Shown: one piece after another, positions 25,190-35,437 of the stretch
Layout of the letters: each line of letters begins with the position of its first letter
Position numbering within the stretch: position 1 is the first letter of the stretch
Virus record (IMG/VR): IMGVR_UViG_3300008110_000030
Span: 1-64,000 of that record
Length of the DNA stretch: 64,000 bases
Reading direction: 5' to 3' (one strand)
The notes under the pieces: generated by a model
Told to the model about the DNA's origin: nothing
Databases searched by the model: none
Seen by the model: the letters and a program-made list of their open reading frames with translations, nothing else
Position numbers and translations under genes: made by a program

Positions 25190-26146
25190 TTGGAAAATAT
25201 ATCATGCCCGTTATGTGGGTCGAATCATGTGGTAGTGTTAGATACAATTGATAAAAATCTTTTGCGTAATGTTTACCTAAAAGAATACAATACTGATATT
25301 GGTCACATGGTTACCAGTGACATGACTGTGCGTGAATGCCAATCATGCGACTTAAAATGGTTTGACCCAATGTTTACAGGGGATCAAAACTTTTATTCAG
25401 ATTTGCAAAAATTTGATTGGTACTACAAAGATGATAAATTTGAGTACGAACATGTGGCTAACTTTATCAAATCAAAAGATAAAGTATTGGAAGTTGGCTG
25501 TGGTAAGGGAGCCTTCAGCTCACGCATTCCTACTAAAAAATATGTAGGATTGGAATTTAGTGAAACAGCAAGGGACTTGGGCATTGCTTTGGGGAGAGAC
25601 GTTCGAACACAAAGCATTGAAGATCATGCTGTGGAAAATGCAGAAAAGTATGATGTTGTTTGCAGTTTTCAAGTGCTTGAACATGTAACTGATCCCAAAA
25701 GTTTTATTGAAAGTTGTATTAAAACATTGAAGCCAGGTGGTACGTTGATACTAACTACTCCGTCAGAAGATAGTTTTTTACAGCATATTCAAGACTTTGC
25801 ATTGAACATGCCACCGCATCATGTGACCAAATGGAGTGATATGTGCTTGAATAATTTAGAGAAAGAATTTAACATTAAGTGCGTACATTTGTACCATGAG
25901 CCCCTAAATTCTTTCCATATTCGTTGGTTTTTCACCAGTATGGTGGTATACCAGTTAAATAAAACGTTGGGAATTGTTCACAGTCTAATAAAACAACCCA
26001 AACACTGGTTGAGCCATATGGTGGCTGAGTTACTGTATAAATTAATTGGTAACCAAATTCCAGACGCATATCAAGGACACGGCCATACCGTAATTGCCGT
26101 GTATAAAAAATCCGCGAACGGTACACTACCCAGAACAGAGCTATGA
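25190..26146 (+). CDS. Class I SAM-dependent methyltransferase with N-terminal Zn ribbon
   Basis: CPLCG...CQSC; VLEVGCGKG; FQVLEHV..P; LKPGG. Confidence 0.85.
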   Translation: MENISCPLCGSNHVVVLDTIDKNLLRNVYLKEYNTDIGHMVTSDMTVRECQSCDLKWFDPMFTGDQNFYSDLQKFDWYYKDDKFEYEHVANFIKSKDKVLEVGCGKGAFSSRIPTKKYVGLEFSETARDLGIALGRDVRTQSIEDHAVENAEKYDVVCSFQVLEHVTDPKSFIESCIKTLKPGGTLILTTPSEDSFLQHIQDFALNMPPHHVTKWSDMCLNNLEKEFNIKCVHLYHEPLNSFHIRWFFTSMVVYQLNKTLGIVHSLIKQPKHWLSHMVAELLYKLIGNQIPDAYQGHGHTVIAVYKKSANGTLPRTEL

Positions 26147-26185
26147 CAATTTATGTTGTCTAGCCTACTTTAAGGAGAACAAAGT

Positions 26186-26728
26186 ATGGATAAGATTCTT
26201 AGACCAGCAGTGTTATTTTTTGGCTTTTTAATAGCAATATTTTTAGTTCAAAATGTAACAGCTAATAAGATATACAAATTGCAAGATGGGGTGTTAATAT
26301 CTTCCAAAGATATTATTACTATCAAAGATAGAGAGCGCCAATTAGACTGTTTGGCAAAAAATATCTATCATGAAGCCGCAAGTGAGCCTTTTGAAGGCAA
26401 AGTTGCTGTTGCACAAGTAACAATGAACAGAGTTGAAAGTGGCAAGTATCCAGCCGACGTCTGTGGAGTTGTTTACCAAAAGAATGTCTTTATGGAAAAA
26501 GTAGTTTGCCAATTTAGTTGGTACTGCGAAAATGGAGGTAAAGCTCCAATTCGTTCAAACGAAATGTATCAAGAAAGCATGGCAGTAGCTAAAAAGGTTC
26601 TTTTAGAAAATTTTAGATTAGACATACTAAAGGATGCAATGTTTTATCATGCAGACTATGTCAATCCAAATTGGAAGAAAGAAAAAATTGGTAAGATAGG
26701 TCGTCATATTTTTTATAGGGGAAAATAA
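26186..26728 (+). CDS. SleB/Hydrolase_2 family cell wall hydrolase
   Basis: CLAKNIYHEA, VAQVTMNRV, CQFSW, FYHADYVNP, IGRHIFY. Confidence 0.9.
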   Translation: MDKILRPAVLFFGFLIAIFLVQNVTANKIYKLQDGVLISSKDIITIKDRERQLDCLAKNIYHEAASEPFEGKVAVAQVTMNRVESGKYPADVCGVVYQKNVFMEKVVCQFSWYCENGGKAPIRSNEMYQESMAVAKKVLLENFRLDILKDAMFYHADYVNPNWKKEKIGKIGRHIFYRGK

Positions 26729-27055
26729 ATGGAACAAGTTTCATCAAAGATAGCAGTCTTTTTTCAACCAATTATGAAATTCATAAACGAAAAACTAGGT
26801 CATGTTTCAACAGAAGCATTGGGTTGGATGGCAGTTATCATAATTCATGCGGCTACATTGCCAACATTCCTCGCAGTAATGATGGGACTGTCTGACAGAT
26901 TGCCCCCTGTAGATGTAATTCTACTAGTTTGGGCTGGTTTGGCTTTATTGTTCTTTAAAGCAGTATTGCTCAAAGACATGCTGAACGTAGCCACAATTGG
27001 TTTTGGTTTTATGCTTCAGGCCACAATGATGGCTTTGATTTTCTTCAAATCATAA
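26729..27055 (+). CDS. Small multi-pass membrane protein
   Basis: Three hydrophobic helices. Confidence 0.7.
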   Translation: MEQVSSKIAVFFQPIMKFINEKLGHVSTEALGWMAVIIIHAATLPTFLAVMMGLSDRLPPVDVILLVWAGLALLFFKAVLLKDMLNVATIGFGFMLQATMMALIFFKS

Positions 27056-27090
27056 CTAAAAACTAATTTCACCAAAATAAAGGAATAGTG

Positions 27091-27119
27091 TTGACAAAAC
27101 CTATTCCTTCTGTTATTAT
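27091..27119 (+). promoter_or_regulatory. sigma70 promoter
   Basis: TTGACA-17 nt-TATTAT with TG extension. Confidence 0.7.
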
Positions 27120-27150
27120 TACTATACACATTAACACAGAAAGGTATTTT

Positions 27151-27273
27151 ATGAAATTTGCAATAATCACAATTATGGTAGTCATGCTTTCAGCATGTGG
27201 TACTGTTGGTGGTGCAGTAAGTGGCGCTGGACAGGATCTGTCCAAAGCAGGTGATTGGATTAAAAATCGTTAA
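27151..27273 (+). CDS. Entericidin EcnA/B-like small lipoprotein
   Basis: Lipobox LSAC then GTVGGAVSGAGQDLSKAG. Confidence 0.7.
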   Translation: MKFAIITIMVVMLSACGTVGGAVSGAGQDLSKAGDWIKNR

Positions 27274-27291
27274 TAGGCATAGGAGAGGCAA

Positions 27292-27867
27292 ATGAAAAAG
27301 GCACTAGTATTACTTCCAGTTATTGCGGCATTGACCGCTTGTGGTACGTTTAGTTCAAAAGACCCTTATGAACGTAGGGCTGACGAACTTCGTGAACAAC
27401 GAGAAAAACTTGTTGAGCGTAGTTTGGACAAAGCTCCAAAATGGATGACTGAACTCCCAAAAAGTACAGGCGCAGTATATGCCGCAGGTACAGCAGTTAG
27501 TGGCGACTTCAGTATGGCAGATGACAAAGCCAAAACTATTGCACTAGGCAAAATTTGTATTGCCGCAGGTGGTACAGTAGACAAGCAAAGTAAAGTTTTT
27601 ATAATGGATACACAAAACGGTTCTACTGAAGCCAGTGAAATGGCCATCCGTAGCATGTGTAAAAATGTAGACGTTACTGGTGCAGTAGTACACGATATCA
27701 AACGCATGAGTGAAGGCGGTCGTTATCGTAGTTATATTTTGGTTGCATTGCCAATTGGTGAAGCCAATCAACTACGTCAACAACAAGTTAACGAGCAGTT
27801 GTCACGTACATCTGAAGCACGTTCACGTGAAGCTTTCCGTGAGCTTGATGTTAAATCGAAACAATAA
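27292..27867 (+). CDS. Lipoprotein (LPP20-like)
   Basis: Lipobox LTAC; P.WM...P, YAAG.A.S motifs. Confidence 0.7.
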   Translation: MKKALVLLPVIAALTACGTFSSKDPYERRADELREQREKLVERSLDKAPKWMTELPKSTGAVYAAGTAVSGDFSMADDKAKTIALGKICIAAGGTVDKQSKVFIMDTQNGSTEASEMAIRSMCKNVDVTGAVVHDIKRMSEGGRYRSYILVALPIGEANQLRQQQVNEQLSRTSEARSREAFRELDVKSKQ

Positions 27868-27875
27868 GGGAGAAC

Positions 27876-28028
27876 ATGATGTTTGAATCAATTGAAATTA
27901 GAAAAGCTGAAAACGGCATTATTGTGACCATCAAAACAGAAGATGAGGACAAGGATTTTGTTTTTGGTAATATTCCAAAAACTTTGAAGTTTGTTAAAGA
28001 ATATTTAGAAACAAAACCTCAATCATGA
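27876..28028 (+). CDS. Hypothetical protein, 50 aa
   Basis: Translated by hand; GGGAG RBS; ATGA overlap with next gene. Confidence 0.65.
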   Translation: MMFESIEIRKAENGIIVTIKTEDEDKDFVFGNIPKTLKFVKEYLETKPQS

Positions 28029-28501
28029 AATGGCTCCTGGCATTAGTATTGCTCATGCCAGCAGTAGCGTGGGCCAACTGTACTTCTGAAACTACCGAAA
28101 AAACTGTTACAAAAACTATACAGCCAAACGGTAGGGAACTGGTTAATACCGAAAGTACGTATGTTTGCAAAAATGGTAAACGAGAAGTATTTTCCAATTG
28201 CAAAACTTACCAATGGAATACTTTTTTAGGAGAAACTAATTCTTCTAAATCTTGTTCAGAATGGAATGAACGTGAAGCAACTGATACAGCATTGACTTAT
28301 GCCCAAGATGGTGTTATGGTTGAATGGATAGATACTAGGGGTAAATTTAAAGGATCTATCATTGCTTGGACATTGCCAAAGTCGCAAGAAGGATGGTGTA
28401 GACAAATTGTTGTATCCAAAGATTACGGTAGTAGTCTTGATAATACCGTTAGAATAATGTGCTATCAAGAAGGAAGAGGATGGCAGTATTGGCGACGCTA
28501 A
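28025..28501 (+). CDS. Secreted protein with surface-antigen-like C-terminus
   Basis: Signal peptide; WCRQI...C segment. Confidence 0.65.
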   Translation: MKWLLALVLLMPAVAWANCTSETTEKTVTKTIQPNGRELVNTESTYVCKNGKREVFSNCKTYQWNTFLGETNSSKSCSEWNEREATDTALTYAQDGVMVEWIDTRGKFKGSIIAWTLPKSQEGWCRQIVVSKDYGSSLDNTVRIMCYQEGRGWQYWRR

Positions 28502-28531
28502 TAGGCAATAAATATAGATGAGGAAAATTTA

Positions 28532-30103
28532 ATGACGTTAGCTTGGCTATTACTTATTACTGGTTTAACAATTTCAGCAGTGGCGATCTACTATTCTGTA
28601 GTAGGTCTTGCCGCTATTTTTAGTGCGGCAGTTATCCCCATCATAGTTATGGGCAGTGCCTTAGAAGTAGCTAAATTAGTTTGCGCTTCTTGGTTAAAGG
28701 ACAATTGGAGTAGAACTCCAATGTTAATGAAAACATATATGACCGTTGCAGTAATTGTGCTAATGGCCATAACATCAATGGGTATATTTGGATTCCTTTC
28801 AAAAGCCCACAGTGATCAAAGTCTAGTAAGTGGCGATGTAATGGGAAGAATTGCCATTTATGATGAGAAAATTAAAACATCAAAAGAAAATATCGATGCA
28901 AATAGAAAAGCACTTAGACAGATGGACGAAGCCGTTGACCAAAGTATGGCACGTTCTAACGATGAAAAAGGTGCAGACAAAGCCGTTGCCATACGAAGAG
29001 GACAGGCAAAAGAACGTGCTAGACTGCAAAAAGAAATTGCAGATGAACAAGCAACAGTTGCCAAACTCAACGAAGAATCTGCACCCATACGAGCCGAAGT
29101 TAGAAAAGTGGAAGCAGAAGTTGGACCATTAAAGTATATTGCCAAACTTATATACGGCGATGCTGGCGCTGATGAGAACATGCTAGAGCGAGCAGTGACG
29201 TGGGTTATTATTTTAATCGTAGTTGTATTTGATCCACTAGCAGTTATCATGTTGTTAGCCGCACAGATGACATTTGGTTGGAAAAAAGAGGATCCTGTAG
29301 TAGTCAAAGAAGAAGTAGAGAGTGAATCAGCAAAAGAACCATTTGTTGGTGTTATTGCTCAGGAAGTTGCTTCAGTAATTCCTGAAGCTGTAATACAAGA
29401 CTCTGAAAACTCTGTGACTATTTTGAAAGATGCAAAAGAAAAATTAGCACAGTTTGTTGACAAGGTTAGTTTAGACACTGGCAAAACACCACGTATATTT
29501 GAAACAGTAAAGAGCTTTAGTGTTCCTGAAGTAAAAGAAGTTGTTCAACCAGAAAAGTTAGAAACATACATACCAAAAGTCGATACAGATGTTGTCAATC
29601 AAGTGACCGAGACCGCTGATGATATTTCAGGTATTGGACTAGAAGCTTGGAACAAAATGATTGACGAGGCTGAAAAGGCCGCAGAGCTTGAAAAGAAACT
29701 AGCCAATGTGGTTTGGACTGATGCTCTACAATTATGGAGAGAAAAACATCTAGACGCTGACATTTATGAAATACAGAGATCCTATGATGCTGGTGAAATT
29801 AAAATTCTTCCATGGAATGAAGAAGATAAAAAATACAAGATACTTCCAGAGTTAATTAACACTAACTATGTTCAAAATGAAGAGCAAGTGGAAAGTGGTC
29901 TTTGGCAAGAAACTACTCAATCACTAAGTCAAAACGATTATCAACAAAAAGTACTTGAAGCCAATATTCGCACCCTTGTAAACTTAATCAATAACGGTTC
30001 AATTTTAGTCGAACAATTAAGCGAAGAAGAAGCGTTAGCAGTTGAAGAATATTTGAAAAAGGAAAGCAATGACGGGAAAGATAACGATAGTAAGTCCGCC
30101 TGA
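28532..30103 (+). CDS. Membrane-anchored coiled-coil protein
   Basis: N-terminal TM helices, coiled coil, further TM at VVVFDPLA; TAAATA at 28509-28514. Confidence 0.75.
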   Translation: MTLAWLLLITGLTISAVAIYYSVVGLAAIFSAAVIPIIVMGSALEVAKLVCASWLKDNWSRTPMLMKTYMTVAVIVLMAITSMGIFGFLSKAHSDQSLVSGDVMGRIAIYDEKIKTSKENIDANRKALRQMDEAVDQSMARSNDEKGADKAVAIRRGQAKERARLQKEIADEQATVAKLNEESAPIRAEVRKVEAEVGPLKYIAKLIYGDAGADENMLERAVTWVIILIVVVFDPLAVIMLLAAQMTFGWKKEDPVVVKEEVESESAKEPFVGVIAQEVASVIPEAVIQDSENSVTILKDAKEKLAQFVDKVSLDTGKTPRIFETVKSFSVPEVKEVVQPEKLETYIPKVDTDVVNQVTETADDISGIGLEAWNKMIDEAEKAAELEKKLANVVWTDALQLWREKHLDADIYEIQRSYDAGEIKILPWNEEDKKYKILPELINTNYVQNEEQVESGLWQETTQSLSQNDYQQKVLEANIRTLVNLINNGSILVEQLSEEEALAVEEYLKKESNDGKDNDSKSA

Positions 30104-30482
30104 TATCTATATTAATCGAACATCCAGTATCATTCTTGTTAACACCACTGAAGCAGAACAAGAGCAGGTTAGTGAATGGTTTAATCAAAATCAACTAGCA
30201 CAAGAGCTTTCAATTTATTTTTACAACAACGAACGAAATCTTCAGTGGTTGGTGATGTCATTTGCTGTGGCACAATATCGATACATTAACTTAGACAACA
30301 CTCAAGATCAAAGTGGCTTGTTAGCAGGACATTTTTTAAGTTCTGATAACTGTTATTACACTCTATCAGATGCTAACTTATATGAGGTATACAGATTAGT
30401 AAATACTTCACGGTTAGAATCAATAACTGAATTTTTAGATAAGGTAATATCAATTGAGCACCCTGAAACATCAGAACTGTGA
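30069..30482 (+). CDS. Hypothetical protein
   Basis: ORF overlapping both neighbours. Confidence 0.7.
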   Translation: MTGKITIVSPPDIYINRTSSIILVNTTEAEQEQVSEWFNQNQLAQELSIYFYNNERNLQWLVMSFAVAQYRYINLDNTQDQSGLLAGHFLSSDNCYYTLSDANLYEVYRLVNTSRLESITEFLDKVISIEHPETSEL

Positions 30483-31674
30483 TTTTTGCGGCAAGGGCAA
30501 AGAAGACGTTGAAAAACTAGTCGTTGGATCTAACGGGTCTATATGCAATGAGTGTGTAACTCTGTGTGATAGGATCTTAAAAGATCAAAAGGGCAAGGTC
30601 AAAAATGACCACCTTAATCAATTCAATCCTGTCAGAATAAAAGAATATTTGGATGAGTTTATTGTAGGACAAGATGAAGCCAAAATATCTGTTTGTGTTG
30701 GAGTAAGTCAACACTATAAAAGAATTAGCAGTTATACCAGTTACGTTGATTTGGACAAAAGCAATGTGATGCTAATGGGTCCAACAGGGTGTGGGAAAAC
30801 TCTCATGGTAAAGAAGATTGCAGAGTTCATTGATGTTCCTTTCGCACACTGTGATGCAAACACACTGACTGAAGCAGGTTATGTTGGTGATGATGTAGAA
30901 ACAATAATTCAACAATTACTGCTCAGAGCTGACGGCGATATAGAAGCAGCCAGTCGTGGCATCATATATATTGATGAGATAGACAAAATAAGTAGGAAAG
31001 GCGAAGCCAATACTGCAACTAAAGATGTTGGCGGAGAAGGAGTACAGCAAAGTCTATTAAAAATGATTGAAGGTACTGTACTTAAAATACAGGTTGGCAA
31101 AAAACGTGAAGAAGTAGAAATAGATACTAAAAATATCTTGTTCATTGTTGGGGGTAGTTTTGTTGGACTTGAAAAAATTATTAATGATAGATTGAATCAT
31201 ACTGGGATTGGATTTAATAGTGCGTTAAAAAAGTCTTCGCAAACTAATTTGTTTTCCAAAGTGGATCAAAAGGATTTAATCACATATGGACTGATCCCAG
31301 AGTTTGTAGGTAGATTTAGTATCTTGACCACAGTTGATGATTTGACCAAAGAGGACTTAATCAAGATTTTGACAGTGCCTCGTAATAATCTAATTAATCA
31401 GTATAAGTATTTGTTTGATATGGATGGTTTAGAATTAGATTTTGAACCAGAAGCTCTAGAAGCAATTGCAGATAAAAGTATAGAATCTAAAACAAACGCT
31501 CGTGGCTTGAGAAGTACTTTAGAAAAATTATTAATACCTTATCAATTTGAAGCTCAAGAATTGGTCAAAAAAGGTCTAAAGAAAATATTGATAAGTAAAA
31601 ACACTGTGATTAAAGGAGAACTACCAATTTTTATGTTTAACCAGAGAAAGAAAGAAAATGCCAAAACAATATAA
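30454..31674 (+). CDS. clpX: ClpX ATP-dependent unfoldase
   Basis: CDFC/CNEC Zn domain, [26 protein letters not shown] loop. Confidence 0.95.
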   Translation: MSTLKHQNCDFCGKGKEDVEKLVVGSNGSICNECVTLCDRILKDQKGKVKNDHLNQFNPVRIKEYLDEFIVGQDEAKISVCVGVSQHYKRISSYTSYVDLDKSNVMLMGPTGCGKTLMVKKIAEFIDVPFAHCDANTLTEAGYVGDDVETIIQQLLLRADGDIEAASRGIIYIDEIDKISRKGEANTATKDVGGEGVQQSLLKMIEGTVLKIQVGKKREEVEIDTKNILFIVGGSFVGLEKIINDRLNHTGIGFNSALKKSSQTNLFSKVDQKDLITYGLIPEFVGRFSILTTVDDLTKEDLIKILTVPRNNLINQYKYLFDMDGLELDFEPEALEAIADKSIESKTNARGLRSTLEKLLIPYQFEAQELVKKGLKKILISKNTVIKGELPIFMFNQRKKENAKTI

Positions 31675-31906
31675 TTCATCTTCTCGAAATGGTATCAGAG
31701 GCAACTCTGTTACAGTTGACGGGGATTTTAATAAAGCACTTAGAAAATTCAAAAAACGTGTAGAAGAAAGTGGTATCTTAGAAGCAGTAAAGGCAAAGAT
31801 GTTTTACGAAAAACCAACCACTAGTCGCAAACGTGCTAAAGGAGCCGCAAGGGCTCGCTGGCTTAAAAAAGTCAGAAACGAACAACTTCCTAAAAAACTC
31901 TATTGA
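31658..31906 (+). CDS. rpsU: Ribosomal protein bS21
   Basis: [15 protein letters not shown]...[11 protein letters not shown]. Confidence 0.92.
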   Translation: MPKQYNSSSRNGIRGNSVTVDGDFNKALRKFKKRVEESGILEAVKAKMFYEKPTTSRKRAKGAARARWLKKVRNEQLPKKLY

Positions 31907-31931
31907 CATAAGTCTACAGTTTTGTTATAAT
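31903..31931 (+). promoter_or_regulatory. sigma70 promoter
   Basis: TTGACA-17 nt-TATAAT. Confidence 0.85.
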
Positions 31932-31938
31932 ATGTATT

Positions 31939-32478
31939 ATGGCAAAACACTTAATGGTAGATTTAGAAACAATGGCGACAGGTCCCAACTCTGTCATTCT
32001 TACAATCGGCGCGGTTAAGTTTGATCCTTGGGGTCCAAATGTAGACCGTAGCACACACAATATCTTTTATCGAAGAGTTGACACAGAGACTTGTGAAAAC
32101 TTAGGCATGGTCATTGATCCCGCCACATTAGACTGGTGGGGTAAACAAGCACCAGAAATTATTGAAGAAGCATTTCATCCAGACGACCGTATTTCTATTG
32201 AACAAACGATTGAGGAGTTCCATAAGTTTGCATGGAACTGTGAAGCATTTTGGAGTCATGGTGCTATTTTTGATATTGTAATTTTAGAAGAGTACTATCG
32301 AAGACTTAAAAAGGCTCTGCCATGGAACTTTTGGCAGATCCGTGATACACGCACAATTTTTGATTTAGGCTATGATCCTGAAATGCCTAAGGACGCTAAA
32401 CACAATGCATTGGAAGACGCATATCGTCAAGCAGTAGGCGTACAAAATATGTATAAAAAGGTTGCTAGACAAAAATGA
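31939..32478 (+). CDS. DEDDh 3'-5' exonuclease (Rv2179c-like)
   Basis: MVDLET, FDIVIL, RDTRT, HNALEDA. Confidence 0.85.
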   Translation: MAKHLMVDLETMATGPNSVILTIGAVKFDPWGPNVDRSTHNIFYRRVDTETCENLGMVIDPATLDWWGKQAPEIIEEAFHPDDRISIEQTIEEFHKFAWNCEAFWSHGAIFDIVILEEYYRRLKKALPWNFWQIRDTRTIFDLGYDPEMPKDAKHNALEDAYRQAVGVQNMYKKVARQK

Positions 32479-32651
32479 ACGATCAATTAAGAGAACTAAT
32501 GTTAGAGGCGGGATATGCCGCACCTGAGATTGCCAAACGTGCCCATGTGTTGGCCGAATTAATTATTAGAAAATGTGCTGACGTTGCCGCTGAGCATGGT
32601 GCATTAGACATTTATGAAGAGATTCGAGAACATTTCGGAGTTGAAGAATGA
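32475..32651 (+). CDS. Small hypothetical protein (...EHFGVEE)
   Basis: Translated by hand; overlaps both neighbours. Confidence 0.65.
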   Translation: MNDQLRELMLEAGYAAPEIAKRAHVLAELIIRKCADVAAEHGALDIYEEIREHFGVEE

Positions 32652-32884
32652 GCGGCACACCAGCAAGCTCTAGTCCGGGCATAACGGGATTTATTGAAAT
32701 ATTCGAGGGTCGCTTGAACAAAATGAAGCTACACCTTAAAGAAGAACTGGGTAAAGCCAAAAGCGATAGGGACCGTAAAGCCATACGTAGGCTTACTGCT
32801 GATGCTCGTAAACTAAACAAGACACTGAAAGAGATGCGTAATGCGTCAGCTAGGCTGTGTCCGCACTGTGGAGAAAAGCTATGA
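32648..32884 (+). CDS. Hypothetical protein with CPHC tail
   Basis: ORF with overlapping start and stop. Confidence 0.65.
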   Translation: MSGTPASSSPGITGFIEIFEGRLNKMKLHLKEELGKAKSDRDRKAIRRLTADARKLNKTLKEMRNASARLCPHCGEKL

Positions 32885-32931
32885 CTGAAGGAGAACGAGC
32901 AGGATGCCACAATGTTTGCCCTTAAATGGGT

Positions 32932-32960
32932 TTGACTTTTTTTAAATTTGGTGCTATACT
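32932..32960 (+). promoter_or_regulatory. sigma70 promoter
   Basis: TTGACT-17 nt-TATACT. Confidence 0.7.
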
Positions 32961-32993
32961 ATATAGACACTAACACACTAAGGAGTGGTTTTT

Positions 32994-33254
32994 ATGAACG
33001 AACCTTTCTACATCACATACAAACTAGTTGAAGAGATACTACAAAAGCACGATGTCCACTGTGTGTTTGAACTAGATGCGCCCATGCAAATCTTTACCAG
33101 GGCCCACGATGCTTCTTGCGGTTTACCTACACCCAGAAAAACGGCAAGGCCATGTTCTCACATGTTGTTAGGTGTAAAGAATGACCGAAGGAGAACGAGC
33201 AGGACGCTGGGCTATGCTGTATCTCTATACAGTGTTGTTTGCGTTATGGTTTAA
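32994..33254 (+). CDS. Hypothetical protein, possibly frameshifted
   Basis: AAGGAG RBS; 3' part runs over the start of the 33181 gene. Confidence 0.4.
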   Translation: MNEPFYITYKLVEEILQKHDVHCVFELDAPMQIFTRAHDASCGLPTPRKTARPCSHMLLGVKNDRRRTSRTLGYAVSLYSVVCVMV

Positions 33255-33300
33255 TATTGTTGCCATTGCGGCCTGGCACATTAAGGAGTGGTTTTTATGA
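33181..33300 (+). CDS. 39 aa membrane peptide (MTEGERAGRW...)
   Basis: Translated by hand; one TM helix; ATGA overlap with next gene. Confidence 0.55.
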   Translation: MTEGERAGRWAMLYLYTVLFALWFNIVAIAAWHIKEWFL

Positions 33301-33509
33301 ACGACCGAATTATAGAAATGGCGATTGAGGCTGGATTTAATCCTGTAAATTGTACGGGAAGTAATGTGCCGTTATTTGAAAAGTTCGCCGAGTTGATTGT
33401 GAGAGAATGTATGGCATGTTCTACTTGGGTTGGTAAGGTGAATAACTATGCGATAGAACCAGTGCATACTGCTCACACTATTAATCAGCGTGAGAAAGCG
33501 GTCGTGTAG
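33297..33509 (+). CDS. Small hypothetical protein (FAELIVREC motif)
   Basis: AAGGAG RBS; resembles the 32475 protein. Confidence 0.6.
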   Translation: MNDRIIEMAIEAGFNPVNCTGSNVPLFEKFAELIVRECMACSTWVGKVNNYAIEPVHTAHTINQREKAVV

Positions 33510-33597
33510 AAGGTGCTGATCGTTCAAACATGTGGGGTGCTAAAAAAGCTGGTAGACCGCCTGCCGCAACTGTTGTTGAAATTGATGAGGACGATGA

Positions 33598-34617
33598 ATG
33601 AGAATTGAAGACGAAGTCAAACTTGATTTTAAAGATGTATTAATTCGTCCTAAACGAAGTACCTTAAGTAGTCGTAAAGAAGTAGATTTAACTCGCAACT
33701 ATAAATTCAAACATAGTGGTACAGAATGGCACGGCGTTCCTATTATGGCATCAAACATGGACGGTGTTGGTACGCTGACCATGGCAGAAGCATTGTACGA
33801 ACACAGGATGTTTACCTGTTTGATCAAAAACTATGACGAAGATGATTTGGGCAGTACAGTAGGAAATATTGGTGGTAACTATTTTGCTATAAGCACTGGT
33901 ACTAGTGACAGTGACTTTTTAAAGTTACGACGAATTATCAATGCCTATCCAGAAATACATGTTATCTGTATTGATGTTGCTAATGGTTATCAAGAACGCT
34001 TTGGGGATTATGTGCAAAAAGTTAGAGAAACATTACTCCATTGTACAATTATTGCTGGTAACGTAGTTACAGCAGACATGACACAGGAGTTAATTTTACG
34101 TGGCGCAGATATTATTAAAGTTGGGATTGGGCCTGGCAGCGTTTGTACTACTCGTATCCAAACTGGTGTTGGGTACCCTCAGCTTAGTGCAATTATTGAG
34201 TGTGCCGATGCCGCTCATGGTCTTGGCGGTCATATTATTGCTGACGGCGGATGTACTTGCCCTGGTGATGTTGCTAAGGCTTTTGGGGCTGGTGCGGACT
34301 TTGTAATGCTAGGCGGTATGTTAGCAGGACATGATGAGGGTGGTGGTGAAATTAAAGATGGTAACGTTACATTCTACGGAATGAGTTCAGATACTGCTAT
34401 GGAAAAGCATCATGGAGGTGTTGCTAGTTATCGTAGTTCAGAAGGACGTACAGTAACCGTGCCACATCGAGGTGCTGTTGAAAATACAGTGTTAGATTTG
34501 CTTGGCGGAATAAGAAGCACTTGTACTTACGTAGGTGCCAATTCACTCAAACAACTGTCAAAGTGTACTACTTTTATCAAAGTAGGTAGACAAATAAATG
34601 ATATCTTTGTAAAATAA
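33598..34617 (+). CDS. guaC: GMP reductase
   Basis: [18 protein letters not shown]; [11 protein letters not shown]; IIADGG; FYGMSS. Confidence 0.95.
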   Translation: MRIEDEVKLDFKDVLIRPKRSTLSSRKEVDLTRNYKFKHSGTEWHGVPIMASNMDGVGTLTMAEALYEHRMFTCLIKNYDEDDLGSTVGNIGGNYFAISTGTSDSDFLKLRRIINAYPEIHVICIDVANGYQERFGDYVQKVRETLLHCTIIAGNVVTADMTQELILRGADIIKVGIGPGSVCTTRIQTGVGYPQLSAIIECADAAHGLGGHIIADGGCTCPGDVAKAFGAGADFVMLGGMLAGHDEGGGEIKDGNVTFYGMSSDTAMEKHHGGVASYRSSEGRTVTVPHRGAVENTVLDLLGGIRSTCTYVGANSLKQLSKCTTFIKVGRQINDIFVK

Positions 34618-34636
34618 AACATAAACAGGAAATACT

Positions 34637-35155
34637 ATGATTACTCTAAAAGAATTTTTTGAAGTTACTAATTACCGTATTAGTGAAGGTAGCGATTACC
34701 TTTGGGAATGTTACGGATCGAATGCATACAGGCTAGATGCATGGAATGGTGATCAAAATGGTCATAGCCACAGTATTGTGTTTGACACAAAGACACAAGA
34801 AGTTTATGAAGTTACATCTTACGATTATCGAAACAGTCGTGCATATCGTTTGTTGAATCCCAATTTTGTTAAAAAACATAAGAAAGAATCCAAACGTCGA
34901 GATGTTAATTTTGATGAAGCATGGGACGAAGTTAACTATATTGATCTAGAAGTTGATGACGATTGGATTCAAAAAGCATTGTCAATTGAAGCTGGTGAAG
35001 TGGACTATGATACTCGTGTGTCAGTTCCTTTGACTCTAGATCGTGACCAAATGTATGAACTAATGAGTATGGCACATGAACGTGACATGACTTTAAATCA
35101 GTTGGTTGAATTTGTTATTAGACAAGAAATTAAAAGGATTGAAAATGGACTATAA
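34637..35155 (+). CDS. Hypothetical protein
   Basis: AGGA RBS; possible ribbon-helix-helix-like tail. Confidence 0.75.
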   Translation: MITLKEFFEVTNYRISEGSDYLWECYGSNAYRLDAWNGDQNGHSHSIVFDTKTQEVYEVTSYDYRNSRAYRLLNPNFVKKHKKESKRRDVNFDEAWDEVNYIDLEVDDDWIQKALSIEAGEVDYDTRVSVPLTLDRDQMYELMSMAHERDMTLNQLVEFVIRQEIKRIENGL

Positions 35156-35435
35156 ACCAGGCGTTGGAAAAGTTGTAGTAAAATTAACGAATCCAGAAAA
35201 AACAACCGCTGGTGGACTTATACTTGCGGAGACTGCGGTTGACCAAACAAATCGAGGAACCGTAATGGCAGTGGGGAAAGGCAAGACGTCAGATGCAGGT
35301 GTGGTTATTGATATTCCTGTTAGTGTAAATGATGTAGTAATGTTCAGTACAGGTGCTGGAGTTGTGGTTGCCATTGACAGTGAAGAAATGCTAGTTCTTA
35401 GAGAAGAAGATATCTTCGCTATTGTTGAGGAATAA
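35145..35435 (+). CDS. groS: Co-chaperonin GroES
   Basis: TAGGLIL mobile loop, GTVMAVGKG, LREEDIFAIVE. Confidence 0.9.
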   Translation: MDYKPGVGKVVVKLTNPEKTTAGGLILAETAVDQTNRGTVMAVGKGKTSDAGVVIDIPVSVNDVVMFSTGAGVVVAIDSEEMLVLREEDIFAIVEE

Positions 35436-35437
35436 TC

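Larger units (their letters stand above)
32881..33304 (+). repeat. Imperfect ~300 bp tandem duplication footprint
   Basis: 32881-32907 vs 33181-33207 (25/27 identical); 32979-33001 vs 33282-33304 (23/23). Confidence 0.8.
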
